DNA from: Trichosphaerium sp. ATCC 40318 | Lineage: Eukaryota; Protista; Tubulinea | Length of the DNA stretch: 64,000 bases | Direction of reading: 5' to 3' | NCBI GenBank assembly: GCA_038496445.1 | Contig: JALMLS010000593.1 | Span: forward strand, 186,001-250,000 | In this document: piece by piece, positions 37,612 through 49,566 of the stretch | How positions within the stretch are numbered: the stretch's first letter is position 1 | How the letters are laid out: every line of letters starts with the position of its first letter | The notes under the pieces: model-generated | Databases searched by the model: none | The model's input: the letters and a program-made list of their open reading frames with translations, nothing else | Told to the model about the DNA's origin: nothing | Position numbers and translations under genes: made by a program

Positions 37612-40287
37612 ATGTTGGCACATAGTCTACTTGTATTCTTGTCGTGTATAGCATTATCTTCATGCCTACTATACTCTAGGACTGACCCGACAGTCTCTAT
37701 ACCGTTGAAAGACGTTGCAGTACGTTAAGAATACTAAAATTATCTATTCAACAAAACAAACCTGTGTTAACGCTTTGTATAAGGTTCGTGCTACGATTGT
37801 AGACTTCCTTGCTATTGTAGAAGTAACTCAAACGTATCAAAACAATAATACCGTTCCTATTGAGGCTCTCTACAAGTTCCCACTAGATGAGAGAGCAGCC
37901 ATATCTGAATTCAAGGTACACTTTACGCGCGTGGCTGTACAGCCAGCTCCTAACTCATTCATTGATTGTTTTTTTATTGGGTTTATAAACCTGAAGTAAA
38001 CAGCATCCATCTAACGCTTCTCAGGCTGAGATGGATGATGTAGTTGTTTATGGTATTTCTAAGGAGAAAGATGCGGCTCGACAAGAGTATGATGATGCTG
38101 TTACCAACGGACACACAGCGTACCTTCTAGAACAAAACACTGGTGATATTTTTCAGATGATGGTTGGGAATCTAGACTCTGGGAAAGAAGTAAAGATAAC
38201 GATTACATACATAACTGAGGTACAAACGTTTAATCTTAGTGACCCAGTCTTGTTTAACCTTATTGTAGGTTCCACTGGAGGGTTCACGCATGCGCTTCGT
38301 TGTACCTACAACTGTAGCTGAAAGATATGTACCAGCAGGGAGCGTTAACAATAATCCTCCGAAAGCCGATGCTGTACCTTACAAACTATCGGTACACAGA
38401 TTAAATCACGTTTTGTTGCTAACGATCTTAGTTATCTTTGAATATTCTCATGTCTTCTGAAATCACCGAAATTTCTTCTCCAACTCATGACCTCAATGTA
38501 GAAAGCGTACGTATCAATAACCAACGAAGCAAGCTTATCCACCTGCAGGAATTTGAAAACGAAGCTAATGTTGAACTTGTTAACGCAGCCAAACTTGACC
38601 GTGACTTGGTAACAAACAAAGTAGTCTTTTCATATGTCTAACGTTTAATGCTAGGTTGTTTACTTCGCTGTTGCTGCAACACATGTACCACGTGCTTGGA
38701 TAGAAGATCCTGCGGTAGATCAAAAAGACGAGCTTGCCTTCATGCTTGCTCTATACCCTGAGCATGCTGCTGTACGACATTTGTCGCCTTTTCACTGCTT
38801 TGTTCTCATAAAAGCTAGGAAACAACTACAACAGTAGTAGATGGTCAAGAGATTGTATTTATATTAGATACATCTGGCAGTATGTCTTCCAACAAATTCG
38901 ATAGTGTCATCGTACGTTGAGGAAGGCTTTCTTATTATTTTCTGTCTTTTTTCTAATGTTCTGTTGATTTAGGATATAATGATTATTGCACTTGAACACC
39001 TCCAACAGTTCGCTTTTGTTCAGTACGGCAAACTTATTCTTAAGACCTAGAAAATGTTTAGTGTTTTTTTTAACATTTCTTTAGATTCGAAGAAAACACT
39101 GTACAATGGAAGTTTAACATTGTTGCTTTCTCCAGTAATTTTGTGAAACTGTTCCCATCAAGTGATAACATAAACAGAGAAAACATAGAGAAAGCGTTCG
39201 ATTTTATACAAAAACTAAACGCCGGTTCGTGCCTCCTTTTTTTAACTATTTATTGGTGGTTTTAGTAACACTTTATAGGTGGTGGTACAGAGCTCCTAGC
39301 ACCTCTTCAAGATGTCTTTTCAAGCACAAGTGACGTTCTTGAACCAACTGCTAAACACAAGATCATTCTTCTAACAGATGGGCAAGTTGCTAACACAGGT
39401 ACCACCACATCTCTTGGAATAGATGTATGAAAATACTGACTATTCTTAGATGCTGTACTTAATCTTGTAAAAGACAACTCGAACAACTGGGACCTATTTA
39501 GTATTGGTATTGGTTTTGGTGTATCTCATGAGGTACAAAGGGTATTACTATGAGTTTATTGCGTTGACAGACATCTTTAGCTTGTTGATGGCTCAGCGAG
39601 AAATGGAGGAGGTGTATCTGAATACGTCTACCCTGGAAAATCAGACATTGAACCAAAGATTATTAGACAGCTTCATCGTGCATTAAATGACAAGTTTGTG
39701 AAAGTACAATCTATCGATTGGGGTACTTCTGAACCTGTTGTACAAATACCAAAAGAGCTACCAGTCATTTACGAATACAACAGACAATTGGTAAGACACA
39801 AAAAAAACCAACAATACTTTTTTCCCATAGTTTGCTTACCTTTGTTTTTTTTTTAGATCTACGGATTCACATCTCCTGGAACTACTCTTGGAGATCAAGT
39901 TGAAGTGACTTTTGACAACGGAGCAACCTTTATTGTACCGACTACATTCATGCATCCAAAATATGCAAGTATCGGTATTGTACATAAATTAGCAGCACGT
40001 GAGAGGATAAGAGAGCTTGAGACAGTAGATAATGATGATTCAAAAGTTGAAATAACGTCCTTGGCAACAAGATATAACCTTTTATCACGATACACATCTT
40101 TTATTGCAGTCGCATATGAAACAACAATTGACATACAACAACTGTTGAAATACCTACCCTAGCAGTATACGACGGTGGTAACACAGGCAACAGTCCCCTA
40201 ACATTCGGGGCATATGGCGGGAGCTCAAATCTCAAGGTCTTAGTACTACTAATTGTTGGTATGATAGCCACAATCTTCTTCATGTAA
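37612..40287 (+). CDS. VIT + vWA domain protein (VWA5A-like) with signal peptide and probable GPI/TM tail; apparent frameshift near 40135
   Basis: EALYKFPLDE.AAI..F, MVGNL, FILDTSGSM (MIDAS), FNIVAF, GGTEL, LLTDGQV, FSIGIG, LLSRYTSFIAV. Confidence 0.85.
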
Positions 40288-40498
40288 ATCTATTTTAACA
40301 ACAAACAATATAACAAAGTGAATAAATAAAAAAATATATGACCCAATAATCATTAAAACCATTTGCAAGTCAATACTTCTTAGACATTTATTTTACATTT
40401 AGTGTGACTACAAAAAACCTTGAAAGAAGAAAAAAGTTGAGCCACGTGGCCCAGCCAAGCATTTTTCTTTTTTTTTCCTCAATGAAAGTGAAGTTGAA

Positions 40499-42356
40499 TC
40501 ACTTTGCTATTACCATACTTACACGGCGTTTAGATAGATCCTTAGGATCACGCTCAATTCTCCAATATACCATATGTCCTTCAGCTTCTTGTCCATTAGC
40601 TGAAGCTTCCTGTTGAGCATTTTCAAGAAGTTTTTGCTCACGTGCTTTTGCTAAAATAGATCTTGAGCAAAAAAAACAAACAATATTGTCAAGTATGTAC
40701 CTCTTGCACGTTGCCTTTGTTCACGTAATCTAGCGCGCTCTTGAAGGCGTTTTTCTGCAAAAGCATCAAACTCTGGCTCAGCAGGTATTTCAGGCTCTGG
40801 ACATACTTCATCCTGAAAGTAATAATTAAGTACAACAGAGTAGCACTGTTAAAAAAACTTGTTTTTGGTTGACTATCTTACCATATTTTCTATAAACTGT
40901 TTAAGGTCTTTTACACAGTCAACTATTTGTTGACGGACTTCTTTTGTAGGTTGCTTCTCTTCTTTATATCTTACAAATAATATAAGAGTCTTTAGAAGCA
41001 AGTACATTGATTGTTGAATATCTTTAGCAATTTCACATAAGCCCACACCTAAGAGAAATAATTACCCAAACGATTACACAAGCACTAAGCAAACCATACC
41101 TGGTGTTGATTGAAGTTCTGAACCAGTGTCCAAAAACGTTTTACAAAGCACTTTAACGTTCTGTGCTGCATCTATGAATACCTTCTTTTCTCCACGTGCT
41201 TTACGAACCTTTCAAAAAGGCATGTCAGCTCAACAACAATAACAATAAAAAGAGTTAATGTAACATACCAACTGCAAGCACTCTGAACAAGTAGCTTTGA
41301 TATCAGTACGACACTTTGATATCTTAAGTGCTTCTTCCTTACTAATTTGGTTATCAAGAGCAGTTAAACGACTGCGCATTTCTTTACTCTACACGGAACA
41401 AAAAACATTAATATTGAATATTAATCATCTCAAGTCATCATATTTCTACGCACATCTAGGATATCATCCAACTTTGCACTAGCACGATAACTCTTATTCA
41501 CTTCTGTATTCCTAAACATAGTTTCTTGTTCTTGTTGTCCATTCATAACCTCATGTAGCTCAAGGTAATCCTCGATCTTGTTTTGTCAAGGGAAACCTTT
41601 GATCGCATTGATTACGGTATAAAGTTTAATAAGTAATAAAGGATACGTCTTCTCCTTTTGAAACAAGTGTTTTCAAGTTCTTATCTACAACAGAAAGTTT
41701 CCATTGACCAACTTCAGAAAAAGTATCCTCTTCCTCTTCTTCTTCTGACTATAACGTTTAAGCACTATGTAATACTTGTAATAATAGTACCTCAACGTGA
41801 TACACTGAAGGACTGTTCTTCATAGCTTCTTGGAGTTCCTCGCCTTATCAATCAAAATCAGTGAAAAAGTGAAAAAAGAGGTGTCCAAGAATACCTTGTA
41901 AAATGTCCTTGAATGCAAGTGATGCTCTGAATCGTCTACTGGTAGGTGTACTAGGCAGCGAGGTTACGGAGAGCCTGTCTGTTTCATCATCAAAAGAGTC
42001 AAGCATCTCGTTCATGTCTATCATTAATAAGTCGGTTGGGTGTACGTTTTAAAGCACGTACCACTCAACTCCACTGCAGTTGATACACGCCATTTCGAAC
42101 GTGTAGCCTTAGATGGTGTACTGGGGCTATTTGTATTTCCTGCGTCATACTGTACAACGTCCCATTGATCTTGACCGTCTTCAGCTGGTAGTATGTCTTC
42201 TAGGTCTTCCATAACCTATTTTGTATAAAAAGGCAACTCAAACTGAAAAAAACCGACGAGAAACGCTCTAACACGCGAACAAACGATTTTTACCTTGTTT
42301 GCCCTCCATTGGGCACTACTTCGCCGCCTCCTCCTCGAAACTGTATCCGCAGACAT
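40499..42356 (-). CDS. Hypothetical protein (disordered N-terminus, helical-bundle/coiled-coil C-terminus); contains a U12-type intron
   Basis: In-frame exon chain from MSADTVSRRRRRSS; family not recognised; 3' end uncertain. Confidence 0.65.
41577..41646 (-). other. U12-type (minor spliceosome) GT-AG intron, 70 nt
   Basis: 5'SS GTATCCTTT; branch site TTCCCTTGAC ending 8 nt before the 3' end; no polypyrimidine tract; removal joins KGED|IEDY in frame. Confidence 0.85.
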
Positions 42357-42703
42357 ATTTTGTTGCACTCACAAGTATTGAGGTTACTAGTAAATCAAAC
42401 GCAAGCACTAGTTTAAAAACAGTTAAAAAAGTTCTAAAACGATGAGACGCGGATTGACTAAGTGAGGTAATGAGGGAGCAAGACCATTATGGATCACTGG
42501 TATGGTACACCATTAAGATCATAGTAAAAACAGCACGAGCTATAAATACTGTACCACTAAGTCTCATTCTAACTGATTTTTTTTTTACCAAATATAAAAG
42601 AACCAACAAGGCATTTACTAGAGAAACCTCGTTTATCAACACGTTGTTACGCAAAATACATGAATTGGAATGAAAATCGAGAAAGAATGCGGTGGCAGCG
42701 AAA

Positions 42704-43744
42704 TTATTGCTCTGCCTGTTGTGCTCCAACTTGTTCCTTTGGAAGTTGGTCTTCATAGTTGGCGTATGGTGTTGGGTATAGGCTCTTTGCAGCGTCACTC
42801 AATTTAACCCAAAATTTTCTTTCTTTAGCACCAAGTGTGGCACGAGGGTAGATAGAGCGCATAAAGTTGACTCCCTTTTCGCTGTAACGGAACAACTCGC
42901 GATAACGGTGCTCGAAGCTAGTCTGGTGCAAGTAAGGCGCCAAGTAAGATTTTTTGGCCTCTAAACTGTGTTATGACACAGCAAAACTCGGATGTTGAAC
43001 GAACCTTGCTCAGTTGGTTGCTCTTCCAGTTCAAGGCGTCTGCCAGTTGTTACCAAGACAAAAGCTCTAAGAGTATGGTTAGGAAACGGCGTTAAGAAAC
43101 TACGGATTCGAAAATTAGTACTCACCTCTTCATACGTTGGCTTCTTTTGAGTTGTTCTTCTTCTGGTACTCTAGCCAAAGCTTCAGCGACTTCTGGGATT
43201 TCAACGTAAACATCTTCTTGTTTTACGCCTAGTTGACGCGAGTTAGATCAAGTTAGATCAAATTTGTGGGTAAAACAAATGTATAATATAAATTAGCGAA
43301 GAGTTAGCGCTATTAGATTCGACAAGGTCTACGAATGACACACAGCGAACTCCCTCTAAAAACCAGTCGCGCAAACGCGTTTTACAATCTGTGAGCATAA
43401 AAAATGCCCTATGGCTATAGTCGTACCAAAGGCTGACATTTCAGGTCCTACGCGAGCCCATTGTAAGTCACGAAAGATCTACTCTACTGTCAATAATTAA
43501 GCTCATTTTCTTTTCCTACCGTCTCTATTTGATCGTAATCCTCTGAAAAGCGACCTTCAATGTCTCCACGAAGCTTTTGTGAGGACCATTTTTCAATACC
43601 GTAATCCTTGCAAGCTACTTCAGGTGCGTGGCCAGTTACAAAATAATGGTGGCTAAGAGACCTGGTTGTGGTTCTCTGTCTTTGGGTTTTGGTGGTTTGT
43701 ACGGAAGCTCTTGTAGCTGCGCGACAGCTGAGTTTTACGAGCAT
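42704..43744 (-). CDS. QCR7: Cytochrome bc1 complex subunit 7 (QCR7/UQCRB)-like, with N- and C-terminal extensions
   Basis: FGVKQEDVYVEIPEVAEALARVPEEEQ...RMKRAF.L......SYLAPYL.....E..YRE fits the UCR 14-kDa pattern GL..DD....V.EAL.RLP....R..R..RA..L...YL.PY. Confidence 0.7.
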
Positions 43745-43891
43745 TTTTTACTTACGAACTGCTACAAATGACCGAGCCTGACTGTAGAATATTTGCTTGT
43801 GGCAAATTGTTGCATAATTCAAAAACGTTTTTTTATTCTTGAATATTCACTTGTACAACAGACTAACGTTCTAAACAAACGTATTTTAACC

Positions 43892-44722
43892 ATGCAAAGT
43901 TAGTATTGTATAATTCCACTGTTATAATTCTAACGTCACTTGCTAGACTATCTATTTACGTTGAAATTCACCGCACGTACTTTTGTGAGGCAAAGCAAAC
44001 GAGCAGAGAAGGAAGAGCGCAAAGAGAAAAATAAGCTCAAAAAAGTACTACAGATTACGCTGGTCACTGCTGATACTCTTTTAGGCTATAAAGACAGGGA
44101 ATTTAGAAGGGGCACGTATTTATGCACAAAATGCCATCAGGCAGAAGAACCAAGTACGACAATAAACGCCAACGGTTTTTTAAAACAAAGTGTCATTCTC
44201 TGACATGAAGCAGGCATTAAATTATTTGCGTCTGTCATCCAGAATAGACGCCGTTGCTAGTCGCGTAGAAACAGCAGTTAGGTACGAAACGGACCGTTAA
44301 TATCAGATTCTCACTAAAAAAATAGGATGAAGATGGTATCAAAATCCATGGCAAACATAGTGAAGGCTATGGATAAGTCAATGAAGGACATGAACTTGGA
44401 GAAAATGACCCATGTAATGGACACTTTTGAAAAACAATTCGAAGACTTAGATGTACAAAGCGAATACATGGAGAACTCCATAAATCAAACTACAGCTCTT
44501 TCAACGCCTCAAGAACAAGGTACATCCTAGCAAAGTTGTTTGTCGCAAATCTAACTTGGTTTAGTCGATGAATTGATCATGCAAGTTGCTGATAGCAACG
44601 GTCTAGAACTCAACGAACAAATGGGCGGTTTGGCTGTACCTACCACAACAGCAGCTGCTGCAGAACCTGCCTTGGCAGAGCAGGATGATCTTACCGCCCG
44701 CTTAGCGAAGCTTAAACAATAG
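43892..44722 (+). CDS. CHMP1: ESCRT-III subunit CHMP1/Did2/Vps46
   Basis: [65 protein letters not shown]. Confidence 0.95.
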
Positions 44723-44893
44723 GTCATGCCACCTGTTCACGTGATTCCAAAAGTGACAAGAAGATGACACTATGCAGCGCAATATTCGACAGAGATAAAA
44801 TGTGTTGTAATTTCTTGAAACCTGTAGACTCAAAATTGTAAATAGCTATTATTTTTAAAGTATAGTACAAACGTTAACGGAGTATTTATTGCA

Positions 44894-46423
44894 ATGTCTG
44901 AGAAAGGAGGTAGCATCTGGGGAAAGATTAAAAAAGGTTACAATGATACAGCCACAAAAGCTGGTATTGAGACTACCTACTTGCGTGCCAAGTCAAAGGG
45001 TATGGTTATAGCGCATATTTTGCAGATTATAACGTTTTTGTAGGTTTCGTCCACACTGAAGAGGTTGAACCTCACATCAACGTATTGAGGAGGAACAGGG
45101 AAGAGATTCCAAAGCTTTACGTGCGTTCTTCTTGTGTTTATAGGGGTAAACCCGAACAGATCAACCGCAGAAATTCACTCGCTCATGTATTTATAAATTG
45201 CATATTCATTTTCTACTAGGAGCATGTCGTGAAAACCGGCTCCCATGTCAAAAAACTCGCTACAGATGATAAAGACTTGGGCGAATCCCTCAGCTTGTTT
45301 GGTGAAAACGAAACGGAAAACTTGGTGAGCGACTTGCTACAAAATGCCGTTTTAACACTCAAAAGGGCTTGCAAAGCTTCATGTTTATGTACAGCGAGTT
45401 CTTGGCTCAGTTATCATCCCTCCGATTTACTCTGGATGCTATGTACGACCAGGTACATTGACACTTCAATATAATTTTGTTTCATGCGCTAAAGTCCTTG
45501 ATAGGTGAAAACTGACTTTCACATGATCGCCAAAGACGATTTGAAAGGTATTCCTTAGACGTTTACGTATTTACAGTCTCAAACGCCTTTAGAAATCAGA
45601 AAAGTACACGATACTACGAACCATCATCTCACAGACGCCCACTACTGGTTCAAAAAAGGAGACAAGGCTCACTTGACTGGTAATAATATTCTCTCGTCTT
45701 GAAATCTTATTTTTACGTAGCGTCCCAATCGAAATATGGTGAGTTTGCCGCCCAACTCATTACCCTCATTCAAGCGCATCGCGAAAACAAGGAAGCCAAT
45801 CTTCCTGGGTATTTGAAATCACTTATGAAGGTACTAGTACAACGCCTTGGTTTTATTGCTTGTTCCAACATCCTTCATAGTCCCAAATGCAGTTTTTCGA
45901 AGCTGCAGCTCAATTATCACAGAAATACCATGTAAAGATGGACCAACTCCCACCTGTACAAGTTCGTCCATACGGTGGCATTCCTTCAGGTTTCAACCCT
46001 CGTCCAGGTATTTTATAAGCTCGTCTCTATCACCTTTTAACCCGACTAAAGGCCCTGGAATTGCAGCTGGCCACACTGAAGATTCCGGTGCTAGCGCTCC
46101 AGCTGCGCACCAACCAGCTGCGCACCAACCAGCACCTGCCCAAGCACGCGCCCCAGTACCTACGCCAGCACCTAGGACCGCACCTCGTACGTTATTGTCT
46201 GTCTCTTTTTTTTTTTCTTTTGTTGCTTACATTTTTGTTAGCACCTTCGTTTGCGAAGAAGGCTAAGGCCATGTATGACTTTAACGCAGAAAATCCTCAA
46301 GAGTTGAGTTTCAAGGTTGGTGATGTATTGGTCATTCACGAGTCCAATGGCGAATGGTGGGTTGGCGAAGTACGCGGAAAGAGAGGGTTTATACCTGCCA
46401 GTTATGTTCAATTGATTTCATAA
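44894..46423 (+). CDS. BAR-like helical domain + Pro/Ala linker + C-terminal SH3 protein (endophilin-like)
   Basis: SH3 AKAMYDFNAENPQELSFKVGDV...EWWVGE...GFIPASYV; N-terminal helical region (LGESLSLFG); BAR assignment is inferred. Confidence 0.8.
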
Positions 46424-46699
46424 ATTGTTCATTCAATAAATAAAGTTGTTTTACACAGTCTATAAATTTTGTTCATTGCATACAAGTGTCTTATATAGCG
46501 CTCTAAAAATGAAACGCAATTTGTACAAGGTGGCAACGCAGTGTTGCATTTGCCAAGTCTAATAATGCCAACCGTAGACATTGGTGGCACAAGTACATAT
46601 GGTATCTGAAAAATAAAAATGCGATCATCCACACCTTCAAAGAGTAGTGTTAGTAAATAAACAACATGATTTCAAAATAACTTGTGTTGTGCAAAAAAA

Positions 46700-46774
46700 A
46701 GTTCATACGACCTATTATCATAAATCACAGGGTCACCCGGCGGCAACCCGTCATGTATCAGTATAATCACAACT
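46700..46774 (-). ncRNA. Candidate box C/D snoRNA in a 3'-UTR intron of the uS17m gene
   Basis: AGUU/AACU terminal stem, C-like GUGAUUA, D'-like AUGA, 8-bp GC hairpin GGGUUGCC/GGUGACCC, C'-like GUGAUUU, D-like AUGA. Confidence 0.55.
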
Positions 46775-46828
46775 GTTTTTTTTTGTGAAATTTAAAGATT
46801 TTTGCTGAGCGAAAGACAAGACGTACCT

Positions 46829-47443
46829 TTATTTGAGACGCGTATGTGCGTAGGAATTGTGGTCTTTGGCACTTTGTCTCTTAACCTCGTTTCCAGGTTT
46901 GGTTTGTCTTCTCTTTGTGTCCTTGTCAGGTCTTGGAACATATTTGAAGAAGGGTTCGCCATATTGAACCCATTGAGGGGCATTTGGTTGTAAATCAGGA
47001 ATATTTTCCCAAGGTTCGACAGTCTCCTCTGGAATGTACTCTGGATTTTGTCTGTACTGATTTAGAGCGCGGTCTTGGTACTGTAAACGTACCTTAGAAA
47101 TTCTGCAGGCTTGTACTTGTAGACAAAGTCATACAAAACGAAATTCTTTGTTTTAGAAAACTTTCTGGATTGCTTGATAAGCACTCTATCGCCTGGAACT
47201 GCTTCGTCGAGTGGATCGTGCACCTTCAAAATAGATTTTTTGCCTCTAGTGACACCGTATTTCATATTGAAAATACGGCGTTTTACGCCTACGACAATTG
47301 TTTTTGGATGTTTCTTGCTCAAAACAGTTGCATGGGTAAACCCTAGCGAGTATTTAGCGTATATTTGGAGCGCATTACCGTCTAGTACCTTGTCGAAACA
47401 AGCGCCTTTGCCTTATATGCGCTTTGTTGTAGATCGTGGCCAT
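46829..47443 (-). CDS. MRPS17: Mitochondrial ribosomal protein uS17m
   Basis: VLSKKHPKTIVV.V.R.....KYG........VHDP......GDRVLIKQSRKFSKTKNF.L is the S17 pattern; C-terminal extension. Confidence 0.85.
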
Positions 47444-47654
47444 CTACAGAACAAAGGAAAAAATGGTGTTTCTGTGAGCTTAGTAAGACGAAAACAAGGT
47501 TTGTTGTATGGAGACAATACCTGAGGGTTCTTGGAGCTGTTGAACGCTAGAAAATTGCTAAAGAAAACAATTGACGAGAAACGAGACTAGGCTTAAGCGG
47601 TACTTTGTTGAAATGCACCAATTGACCCTTTGCGTATAGACCACTCTTCCCGTT

Positions 47655-49084
47655 ATGACGGACATATATTTAGATTCGTTCGTTGGTACGTCACATAATA
47701 AATACAGCAGTAACTGATCTAATCCGTTCAGATTTGGCTCTAAATGTGTCCAATGACAAGCTTACGGATCCTGAGTCAATTTGGTTGTTGGGAAGGCGTG
47801 TGGCGCTATCCGACGTACAAACCGAGACGCGGAAGCTGGTCTGGGTCACGTACAGGTGCAATTTTCCACAGATCGGCAATTCAAGCAAAACTAATGGTAT
47901 GTACGTAAGTGACGCTCCATACATAACAGAGTAGATGCCGGTTGGGGCTGCATGCTTAGGACAGCACAGATGATGATTGCAACAGGTTTGCTGAAACACT
48001 ACAATCGTACGAATTGTACTTTTATAAATTAGAGTTAAAATAATGTTCGCTATCGCAGGTATACACAAGGCTGGCAACAACGAAATGGGTTCTGACATTT
48101 ATAGAAGTGTAAGGCGTTTTTTATTGTTCTAAAATGCTAATGAATCCAAATACCAGATTATCTTGTGGTTTGGTGATGCCCCTGATTACGTTTATTCAAT
48201 ACATAACTTGGTTGAGGTAATGAAGAACTGAAACTTTATCGTCTCACCTCTATTTCAGGAAGGAGGACGTATGGGTAAACGTTATGGTGAATGGTTTGGT
48301 CCTTCCTCTGTTTGTCAGGCGTTGACGTACTCAATACCATAAACAATCGCGAAGGTTATTTGTTAATTGCGTTTTCTAGTCGGATAAAAATGACGAGTCA
48401 TCATACGTCTAAAGGGCGCTCTATTAAGTTGTATCTGGCGCAAGACGGTACTATCTATCGTGACCAAGTAGAAGCTTTGCAAACAGATAAATCTCAAAAC
48501 CGTTGGGATCCAGTAATTGCCTTACTGCCAATACGGCTTGGTTTAGATAAACTTAATACTATGTACTATAAAAGCATTGCAAGCGTCTTCACGATAAATC
48601 AAAGCTTGGGGATAATCGGTGGACGCCCAAATGCGTCACTATACTTCTTCGGCTTGCAGGGTACGGTGTTGTAGGCTGATGCTAAAGAAACCTTTTCACG
48701 TTGACAATGTTTTCTGTAGGCAACAGTGTATACTATTTGGATCCGCATGTCGTTCAACAATTTGTAAATATGGAGGATGAGAAGTTCAATATAGACGCAC
48801 GTTTTTGGACACGTGGGAGGCAATAATATCTTACAATTTATTTTTAGACGTATCGCTATAATTCTATGCCTAACAAATTATTACTGAGCGAGTTGGATCC
48901 ATCTCTTGCTCTTGGATTTTACTTTGCTACACGTAGGAGTTTTGATGAGTTTTGTACTAAAGTGGATGCAATGTATAAGAAGGATGGCGCACCACCAGCT
49001 ATATTCCATGTCAAAGACAAGATGCCTGACGAAAGTAATACTTCTATGGATTTCTCATGTGATGATTTTGATATGGATTGTTGA
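47655..49084 (+). CDS. ATG4: Autophagy cysteine protease ATG4
   Basis: WVTYR.NF, DAGWGCMLRTAQMM, GEWFGPS, LLPIRLG, GIIGGRP..SLYF.G, YYLDPH, LDPSLALGF. Confidence 0.95.
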
Positions 49085-49566
49085 TCTTTAAATTAGATAT
49101 TGATTTTATTGCTGGTGTAACTATTTGTATAATAAAAGTTATTTCTTTGAGTAGTCATAATGTGTATGACGTTTAGTTTTGAAATAAGTTAAGTAACTAC
49201 GGTTAAAACAAGTATTGCTTGTTTTTTTTTGGCACGAACATCTTGTTAAAAACAGGAAACAACATTGTAAAAAAGTTGGAGTGACTACTGGGAAGATTAC
49301 AAAACAACTTTTGGTTTGTCTCAGAACAGGCAATAATGGCACCACAACATATGTTGTATGTTGAACGCCTTTATACAGGAGGTACATTTAGTACATTACC
49401 AATACTTAAACTCTCCTTCAAACTTCTAGAGGAGTACATCCAATAAAATGGAATACAACGACACGAAAAATTTGAGAAAATGTGCAGCTTTATAAGCATA
49501 GTAACACTAAAATGAATAAGCTACATTACGCTGGTAAACAGTGTAATTTTTAGGAATGCTAGTTTA

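Noticed and set aside
46700-46774. SECIS-like AUGA...UGA hairpin
   Set aside because: Helix II geometry and apical AA are missing and the upstream gene has no in-frame TGA; a box C/D layout fits better
9130-49084. TOR/nutrient-pathway gene cluster (TSC1, eIF2B-delta, MAF1, ATG4)
   Set aside because: Genes are interspersed with many unrelated ones; no evidence beyond chance
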